Shown here one piece after another: positions 56,992 through 64,000 of a stretch of DNA of 64,000 nucleotides. The first letter of the stretch is position 1. Every line of letters begins with the position of its first letter. A program made the position numbers and the translations under genes. The stretch is from Desulfatiglandales bacterium (lineage in GTDB: Bacteria > Desulfobacterota > DSM-4660 > Desulfatiglandales > Desulfatiglandaceae). The notes below the pieces were generated by a model. That model was given only the letters and a program-made list of their open reading frames with translations. It had not been told where the DNA came from and made no database searches. The stretch is taken from contig OY759599.1 in the NCBI GenBank assembly GCA_963662465.1, forward strand, positions 832,001 through 896,000, given 5' to 3'.

Positions 56992-58340
56992 ATGTCGGAC
57001 GCACGTTTATTGGCGGAATGGTTTCCGGAGTTTGCTGAACATCTGGACAAAATGGATGAAACCTACAAGGAAAAGCGGACCATAGATGAAAAACTCGCGT
57101 TCATGAAAGAAGCCGTGCCCTTGATGACGGAGATTTCCGGAAACGACCCGCGGAAGATGATGGCCGAAATAATACCCTTCTGCATGGACATGGATAAGAT
57201 GCCGGCCATGATGAAGGGCATGATATAGTAACCGGAAGGGTTGAATATGTCGCAGCATGAAGATCATATATCTAAGAAACCGGCGGATCTATCACAATGT
57301 ACAAAATTTTTATTACTGAATGAAGAGAAAGGCTGAAAAGATGGATGAGCCATCCCTCAACCGGCAGTTGGCCGGCGCTTGCTGAAATTTCCTGATGATT
57401 CACAGATCGGTGTTATGGGTCTCGACGATATTATGGCTGAACTTTGCTCCGAAGACAGAAAGCCGACCGATGAGACCGCCGAAGAGATCATCAACAGGCT
57501 GGAAGAAAAAAAGAACTTTATTCCCTCGTCTGAACGTGTCCGTAGAGACTACGCTTATGTCCTGCTGAGGGAATACAGAAAGTACATGAAGGATCACCAC
57601 AAGTCGGGGGTGATTAGCGGGCAATGAAAATCCTGTATGTCTCAGGGAGTCCGAGAAAAGACAGCAATACGGACTTGGTTCTAACTTCGCCCACTTAGAC
57701 GGAGAAACGAAAAAAGTTTAATTTGAGAAAGTGCAGAACATTTTAAGTCGACGGGGAGTCTGCATGCATCTCAGGCCTGAAGGGCCGTTACATGTTGACG
57801 AGATCGCTGTTCGTATAGTGGTTATAGCATCGGGGGATATCACTTTCTTGTGCTGAGGTGGTTAGCATGATTACGGGTATTCTCTTCAAGACGGGATGGT
57901 TTTTCACCTGTTTCAACACCTCTATGCCATCGATGCTCGGTAGTTTGATGTCGAGTAAAATCAGGCATTGCGAACCATATCTCTCTCTGTCCGAATACGT
58001 CCCACACGGTTGAACGGATAATCCAATGCTTCCTCGCCATTGATAACGACGTCAATTCGGTTCACGTTACCGGTCTTCGAAATTGTCCGTTTGGTCAGTT
58101 CTGCATGGGCTTCCTCGTTTTCCACAAGCAAGATCGTAGAGCAGCTTGAACCGTTCATGTATCACGCCTCTCGTCGTTAAGGGCGAAAAAAAAGGTGCTT
58201 CCTTTCCCTGACTCCGACGTCAACCAGACTCTCCCGCCATGATGTTCGATGATTCACTGTACGATGGTCAGGCCGATACCGGTGCCTTCCTTGACCTTCC
58301 CCGACCTTCACTGCCGACGGGAGCCTTTGAAAGATCTGGA
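56992..58340. pseudogene. Series of gene scraps: unknown ORFs, a flavodoxin-like start, response-regulator and kinase remnants
   Basis: MKILYVSGSPRKDSNT at 57624; ILLVENEEAHAEL...NGEEALDY on the minus strand; EGTGIGLTIV on the minus strand near 58260-58290. Confidence 0.55.
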
Positions 58341-58459
58341 GTACTCGTTCACGAAACCCACAGTATAGGATTTTTCATCTTACGAACCGGGAAATAAATA
58401 TTTTTCTTGACATGGCGGAAAAAATAGGTTTACATGCCAACCGTGCGGCAGGTAAGGTT

Positions 58460-59038
58460 ATGAATAGAGAAGATCGATTAGAAAAAATATACGAGAAGGC
58501 GCTCGAATTGTTCGTGGCCAATGGTTACGACCAGACCGCATTGTCCCAGATCGCAAAAGCCTTGGGTCTGACGAAAGCCGGCCTTTATCATTATTTCAGC
58601 AGCAAGGAAGATCTCCTGTTTTTTATTCATGAAGGACACATGAAGCGGGTTTTTATCCCCATTCTTGAAGCGGCTGAAAAAATCTCCGATCCTGAAGACC
58701 GGCTTGTATATTTTATTAAAAATTATACCCTGAAAGCCATGACCCGGGACGCTTCAGCCCGTGTACTCGTTCATGAAACCCACAATCTGAAAACGGAAAA
58801 CCGGAAAAAGATAAACGCTGTGTGGCGAAAAGGATTAGATCTCATCCGGGATAGCCTTTCCGAGATGGAAAGCCAGGGAAAGGTGTTGAATATCAACAAA
58901 ACTTTCGCCGCTTTTGCGTTGATCGGGATGTGCAGTTGGACGTTTTACTGGTTTGATTATGAGCAGCAAGCGTCCGGTGAGGAAGTTGCGGACACCTATG
59001 CAAGGATCTTTTTGAAAGGCGTCTTAAATACGCCTTAA
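58460..59038 (+). CDS. TetR-family regulator
   Basis: ALELFVANGY..IAKALGLTKAGLYHYFSSKEDLL. Confidence 0.92.
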   Translation: MNREDRLEKIYEKALELFVANGYDQTALSQIAKALGLTKAGLYHYFSSKEDLLFFIHEGHMKRVFIPILEAAEKISDPEDRLVYFIKNYTLKAMTRDASARVLVHETHNLKTENRKKINAVWRKGLDLIRDSLSEMESQGKVLNINKTFAAFALIGMCSWTFYWFDYEQQASGEEVADTYARIFLKGVLNTP

Positions 59039-59080
59039 AAAAACAATGTCGAAAGAAAAGAAAAGTTTTTTTGACCGAAA

Positions 59081-59100
59081 AACCGACCGTGCGGCCGGTT
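59081..59100. promoter_or_regulatory. Candidate TetR operator, with a second copy at 58435-58454
   Basis: aaccgaccgtgcggccggtt near-palindrome after TTGACC; tgccaaccgtgcggcaggta upstream of tetR. Confidence 0.6.
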
Positions 59101-59119
59101 GTGATTGGGGAGGGGAGGC

Positions 59120-60537
59120 ATGACAAAATTCATACTCAAGGAACTGTCCCGTTACGCCATCGGCACCTATGGCGACATCATTTATCGAAACGCATTGCTT
59201 TATCCTGAAAATACCGCCTTTAAGTGCGGAGCGGAAAGCCTCACCTTTTTTTAAGTTCAATGAGCGCGTCAACCGCCTGATTCATGCTTTAAAATCGCAT
59301 GGGGCCGAAAAAGGGGATGTGCTTGGGATTTTGGCCTGGAATTGTCTTGAGTTCACCCAGGTTTACGGGGCTGCCATGAAGGGCGGTTTTATCGCCTCGC
59401 CCCTGAATGCCCGGTTGCAGGCGGACGAACTGGACTATCTGATCAACTATTCCGAGACCCATACCCTCTTTGTGGGGCCGCAACTGGTGGATCTGGTAAA
59501 TGTTCTGCGGCCCAGAATTCCGATGGTCAAACACTTTGTTTCAATCGGATGTACCGCGCCGGGAATGATCCCCTATGAGGACTTCATTGCCGGCCATTCG
59601 GAAGCGGAACCGGATGTGCGGGTGGATGAAGATGATCCGGTTTTCACCTTTTATACCAGCGGCACTACGGGCGTTCCCCGGGGGGCGCTCTACACTCAGG
59701 GACGTGCCATTGACGACACAAGGCGGTTTCCGGCGGCCCTCTGTGTGGAGCAGGGGGATAAACAGGTTCAAATCATGCCGCTTTTTCATGTGGGCGGGGC
59801 CAAGAACCTGTGGGGGTATTTTTTTGTGGCGGCAACGAACATCATCATACCCCAAATATCATTTGATTCTGAAGCGACGCTTCAGATCATCCACGACGAG
59901 AAGGCCACCGACATTCACATCGTACCCACGCACCTGGGCATTTCTGGCGTTGCCCCAGGTAGACGACTATGAGCTGGGAAGCCTCAAACGCATGTTTTAC
60001 GCCGCCTCCCCCATGCGGATCGTTTTGGAATCGGGCGTTGATGCTGCTCCCGGCGAGGTGGGAGAGATCGTGGTCAAGAGTAAGGCCACCATGCTCAAGT
60101 GGTGGCGCAAACCTGAAGAGACGGCCCAAACCATTGTGGATGGATGGGTGCATACTGGCGATATGGGCGTCTACGATGAAAGCGGCTATATCTATATTGT
60201 AGACCGGAAAAAAGACATGATTGTATCAGGGGGTGAAAACATTTTTCCCCGGGAGGTGGAGGAGATTTTCTATCAGCATCCTGCCGTTCTGGAGGCGGCG
60301 GTGTTCGGAATCCCAGATCCCTACTGGGTGGAAAAAGTGCATGCGGTGGTGGTGCTGAAGGCCGATTATGATCCCACGGAACAGGAGATCATCGATTTCT
60401 GCAAGGAAAGGCTGGCGCGTTTCAAGGCGCCCAAGAGTCTTGAATTTGCATCGGATATCCCCAAAAATCCGGCCTGAAAAATCCTCAAGAAACAACTCAG
60501 GAGCAGATATTGGGAAGGCGTGGACCGGAAGATTTAA
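59120..60537 (+). pseudogene. Acyl-CoA ligase pseudogene
   Basis: YTSGTTG and HTGD motifs; frameshifts at T7 (59246-59252) and near 59938, an internal deletion near 60015, and TGA at 60475. Confidence 0.88.
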
Positions 60538-60559
60538 AAACACAAAGGAGGGGTGGAAT

Positions 60560-61438
60560 ATGTCCATATGTTACAGGCGGTTGCCGAGATTTGACTATGT
60601 TAAACCCAAAGATGTTTCCGAAGCCTTGGAAATTATAAGGGGAAACAAGAATGGCAGGTTTAAGGTGTATGCAGGGGGAACGGATGTGATCCCCAAAATC
60701 AAGGGGAGGGTGATACCGGCACCGGAAGCGCTGGTGGATCTCAAGGGAATTCCGGAATTGGATTACATCTCCCACGATGAAAAGGATGGGTTGCGGATTG
60801 GGGCCCTGGCCAGCATCCATGATGTGGCCCACGACCCTGTCGTAAAAGAGAAATTCTCGATGTTGGCCCACGCTGCCGCAAGCATTGCCTCCATCCAGGT
60901 GCAGAACCGGGGCACCATTGCCGGCAACATCTGCAACGCCGTGCCATCGGCGGATTCAATCCCAGCGCTCCTTTGCCTGGGTGCTAAAGCGCTGTGCGAG
61001 GGAAGTCAGGGGGAGCGTGTTATTGACCTGGAAGCACTTTTTACGGGACCCAGCAGGACGGTTCTGGGTGAAGACGAATTGTTGAAAGAAATCCATATTC
61101 CCTCCATTACGGGCAAAGGCGTTTATCTTAAACTTTCCCCTCGAACCCGTATGGATCTGGCGGTGGTAGGCGTAGGGGTCTTCGCGGATGTGAAGGATGG
61201 CATATTCAAGGATGTTCGCATTGGTTTGGGGGCGGTTGCGCCCACGCCCATACGGGCGAAGAAATCCGAAAAACGGCTTATGGGGGAGCGTTTAAGCGAC
61301 CAGTTGATTGAGGAAGCCGCGGAAATGGCTGCTAAAGAGGCAACGCCCATCGACGATCATCGTGCCTCCGCCGAGTACCGTCGCATGATGGTGGCGGTTT
61401 TGGTGAAAAGAGCCATTGGACAGATCATATCCAATTAA
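60560..61438 (+). CDS. Molybdoenzyme FAD subunit (CoxM type)
   Basis: AGGTDV, QVQNRGTIAGN and PIDDHRASAEYR. Confidence 0.9.
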   Translation: MSICYRRLPRFDYVKPKDVSEALEIIRGNKNGRFKVYAGGTDVIPKIKGRVIPAPEALVDLKGIPELDYISHDEKDGLRIGALASIHDVAHDPVVKEKFSMLAHAAASIASIQVQNRGTIAGNICNAVPSADSIPALLCLGAKALCEGSQGERVIDLEALFTGPSRTVLGEDELLKEIHIPSITGKGVYLKLSPRTRMDLAVVGVGVFADVKDGIFKDVRIGLGAVAPTPIRAKKSEKRLMGERLSDQLIEEAAEMAAKEATPIDDHRASAEYRRMMVAVLVKRAIGQIISN

Positions 61439-61501
61439 AGAACGGCAAAATGCCGGTTTTTAAGCGAAAGATCAAGGAGAGTGAAACAAGGAGAATGAAA
61501 C

Positions 61502-61981
61502 ATGGAGATGAAAGCCATTAAATTTGTCTTAAACGGAGAGACGCATGAATGTCTGGTTTCCCCTTGGCGGACCCTTTTGGAAATGATCCGGGAAGATTTT
61601 AAATTAACGGGCGCCAAGGAAGGTTGCGGTCAGGGTGAGTGCGGTTCCTGCACTGTGATCATGGGCGGCAAAAGCGTCAACAGTTGTCTCGTTCCCGCGG
61701 TTGAGGCGGATGGTCAGGAGATTATCACCATCGAGGGCCTTAAAAAAGGGGAAACCCTTCATCCCATCCAGGAAGCCTTTGTGGCCCATTCGGGGATGCA
61801 GTGCGGTTTTTGTACCTCTGGAATGATTATGTCCGCCAAGCATCTGCTGGATGGCAACCCTGATCCCACATTGGAGGAGATCCAGGAGGGCGTTTCCGGT
61901 AATTTTTGTCGTTGTACCGGATATACCAAAATTTTTGAATCCATCGGTGCGGCAGCAAAGGCCATGAAAGGGGGAGAATAA
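61502..61981 (+). CDS. Molybdoenzyme 2Fe-2S subunit
   Basis: GCGQGECGSC, QCGFC and CRCTGY. Confidence 0.92.
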   Translation: MEMKAIKFVLNGETHECLVSPWRTLLEMIREDFKLTGAKEGCGQGECGSCTVIMGGKSVNSCLVPAVEADGQEIITIEGLKKGETLHPIQEAFVAHSGMQCGFCTSGMIMSAKHLLDGNPDPTLEEIQEGVSGNFCRCTGYTKIFESIGAAAKAMKGGE

Positions 61982-61984
61982 AAA

Positions 61985-64000
61985 ATGGAAGATTATTCTG
62001 TCATTGGGAAAAGAATCCCTCGTGTTGACGGCTTGGCCAAGGTCACGGGGGAAGCAAAATATGCGGCGGATTACGAAATGCCCGGCATGCTTTGGTGTAA
62101 GATTGCCAGAAGTCCATATGCCCACGCGAAAATCCTCAATATTGATACCTCCATGGCCAAACGGCTTCCCGGCGTGAAAGCGGTCATTACGGGAGAGGAT
62201 TTCAAGGGATGGAAATGGGGATGGATGCCCAAAACCCGTGAAGAAGAACCTTTGGCGGCCGAACGGGTTCGCTATCTGGGAGAGGCGGTAGCGGCGGTGG
62301 CGGCCATCGACGAGGATACGGCGGAAGAGGCGGCTCAGCTCATTAAGGTGGAATACGAAGAATTGCCGGGGGTGTTTGACCCGGAAGAAGCCATGAAGGA
62401 TGGCGCTTTTCAGATCTATGACCATGCCAAAAACAACATCAGCTGGGATTTTCACATGGACTTCGGCGATGTGGAAAAGGGTTTCCGGGAGGCGGACCTG
62501 GTCCGCGAAGACCGCTTCGAAACGGGCCGGGTGATCACGGGGTATCTGGAACCCCCGGCGGCGGTGGCCATGTACGATTCATCGGGCATCACCATCTGGG
62601 CCGCCAAACAGAGTCCTTATTTCGTTTACCGGCATCTGGCGGCGTGCTTTGGATTGCCGCTCTCCAAAGTCAGGGTGATTCAGCCCTTTATCGGCGGGGG
62701 GTTCGGCGGCACCAAGAACGATTCTCTGGCGGGAGATTTTTGTTCGGTGCTTTTTTCCAAAATGACCGGGAAGCCGGTAAAATTCGTTTACACCATGGAA
62801 GAAGTGCTTATGACCTGCCGACGTCGCCACAACATGATCGTCTTCAACAAGATGGGCATGAAAAAGGACGGCGCCATCACGGCCATGGAAAGCCGGGTGA
62901 TCGCCGACGGCGGGGCCCATACGGCTATCGGCCCATTGACCATGTATCTGACCGGCTGCATGAGTACGCTCCCCTATAAACTGCCCAATTTCAAGCATGA
63001 CGCCTATCGCATGTACACCAACAACCCCATCGGCGCGGCCATGCGGGGGCACGGGGTCACCCATACCCGGTTTGCCGCCGAGCTTCAGATGGAGATGATG
63101 GCGGAGGAACTGGGAATCGATCCGGTGGCGGTGCGGCTCAAAAATGCCATTACCGCACCCCACGAAACCATCAATAAGGTCACGGTGAAGTCCTGCGGTC
63201 TGGTGGAAGGGATAGAGACCATCGCCGACAGCCCAGTGTGGAAGGACCGTGGAAATAAAAAGCAAAAGGGTCCCATCGCCCATGGCGTGGGCATGTCGGC
63301 CACCTCATACCTGGGAGGCGCCCGTCAGCGGGGGCATCAGTCCTGCGCGGCAGTTATACGGTTGTGTGAAGACGGCAGCGTGGATTACCTGACCGGTGCA
63401 ACGGATTGCGGCCAGGGATCGGATACGGTTCTGGTGCAGATGGTGGCGGAGGAACTGGGCCTTGGCATGGCGGATGTGGACATCAAACGGGTGGACACGG
63501 CCGTGACCCCCTGCGACGCGGGAAGTTACGGCAGCCGGGTCACCGTTTTGGCTGGCAAAGCAGCCCGAAAAGCGGCCCAGGATGTAAAGCAACAGCTGGC
63601 TGTGTTTGCGGCGGAGAAATGGGAAGCGGCGCCCGAGGACATTCTTTTTAAGGACCGGCGGGTGAGCGTCAAGGGACAACCCGAGAAAACCATGCCATTT
63701 GACCAACTGGCCAAGATCGCCTGCTACTCCGGATCGGGCGCCGTGATTCTGGGTCGGGGATATTCCGACTACGGCATCGATATCCTCGATTTTGAAAAGG
63801 GGATCGGCAACTGCGGCACATCCTATAGCTTTACCAGCCAACTGACGGAGGTGGATGTGGATCTGGAGACGGGGTTTTTAAAGTGTACCGATATGTTGAT
63901 CGCTCACGACTGCGGCGTTCCCTTGAATCCCATCAATGTAGAGGCCCAGAACCAGGGCGCCGCCATGCAGGGGATGGGGCAGGCCATGTATGAGGTGTTC
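61985..64000 (+). CDS. Molybdopterin subunit of the XDH / 4-hydroxybenzoyl-CoA-reductase-alpha family, partial
   Basis: Own translation: MEDYSVIGKRIPRVDG..RSPYAHA, GGGFGG, AMRGHG, GSYGSR, AHDCG; open to the window end. Confidence 0.88.
   Translation, partial: MEDYSVIGKRIPRVDGLAKVTGEAKYAADYEMPGMLWCKIARSPYAHAKILNIDTSMAKRLPGVKAVITGEDFKGWKWGWMPKTREEEPLAAERVRYLGEAVAAVAAIDEDTAEEAAQLIKVEYEELPGVFDPEEAMKDGAFQIYDHAKNNISWDFHMDFGDVEKGFREADLVREDRFETGRVITGYLEPPAAVAMYDSSGITIWAAKQSPYFVYRHLAACFGLPLSKVRVIQPFIGGGFGGTKNDSLAGDFCSVLFSKMTGKPVKFVYTMEEVLMTCRRRHNMIVFNKMGMKKDGAITAMESRVIADGGAHTAIGPLTMYLTGCMSTLPYKLPNFKHDAYRMYTNNPIGAAMRGHGVTHTRFAAELQMEMMAEELGIDPVAVRLKNAITAPHETINKVTVKSCGLVEGIETIADSPVWKDRGNKKQKGPIAHGVGMSATSYLGGARQRGHQSCAAVIRLCEDGSVDYLTGATDCGQGSDTVLVQMVAEELGLGMADVDIKRVDTAVTPCDAGSYGSRVTVLAGKAARKAAQDVKQQLAVFAAEKWEAAPEDILFKDRRVSVKGQPEKTMPFDQLAKIACYSGSGAVILGRGYSDYGIDILDFEKGIGNCGTSYSFTSQLTEVDVDLETGFLKCTDMLIAHDCGVPLNPINVEAQNQGAAMQGMGQAMYEVF

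Noticed and set aside
60475..60477. In-frame TGA as selenocysteine
   Set aside because: It replaces the conserved Gly of the GKILK motif in a gene with several other lesions
1..64000. CRISPR array, rRNA or tRNA genes
   Set aside because: No regularly spaced repeat-spacer series and no recognisable structural RNA gene seen by eye

Overview
Bacterial chromosomal DNA, probably from a Desulfobacterota-type anaerobe (inferred from gene content only). It has three zones. (1) About 460-32,130 is an eroding accessory island, bracketed by a duplicated copy of the 3' end of a marR gene. It carries a WYL regulator divergent from a double-AAA ATPase and a long minus-strand run: small ORF, hen1, pnkp, Thg1-like polymerase, AddB-like nuclease, AddA-like helicase (the helicase split by an IS). 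It also holds two rtcB2-prfH loci, a MoxR-type AAA plus zincin/vWA pair, several toxin-antitoxin modules, Fic, RhuM and type I R-M remnants. A 19-bp pseudo-palindrome (TGTGRC-N7-GYCACA) recurs in the island's intergenic regions. (2) About 32,000-48,800 is an intact MarR-associated catabolic cluster: FAD/Fe-S oxidoreductases, acyl-CoA ligase, TRAP transporter, an orphan DUF262 gene, a xanthine-dehydrogenase-family molybdoenzyme, a response regulator and an adenine-deaminase-like gene. (3) About 48,800-64,000 is a patchwork of small genes and deletion scraps, an ArsR/thioredoxin/CcdA cluster, and a TetR-linked second molybdoenzyme operon that runs off the window. The best candidate for a new system is a WYL-controlled locus coupling three RNA-repair chemistries to a dedicated helicase-nuclease; in this genome it is partly pseudogenised. 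All family calls come from motif recognition by eye, with no database searches.
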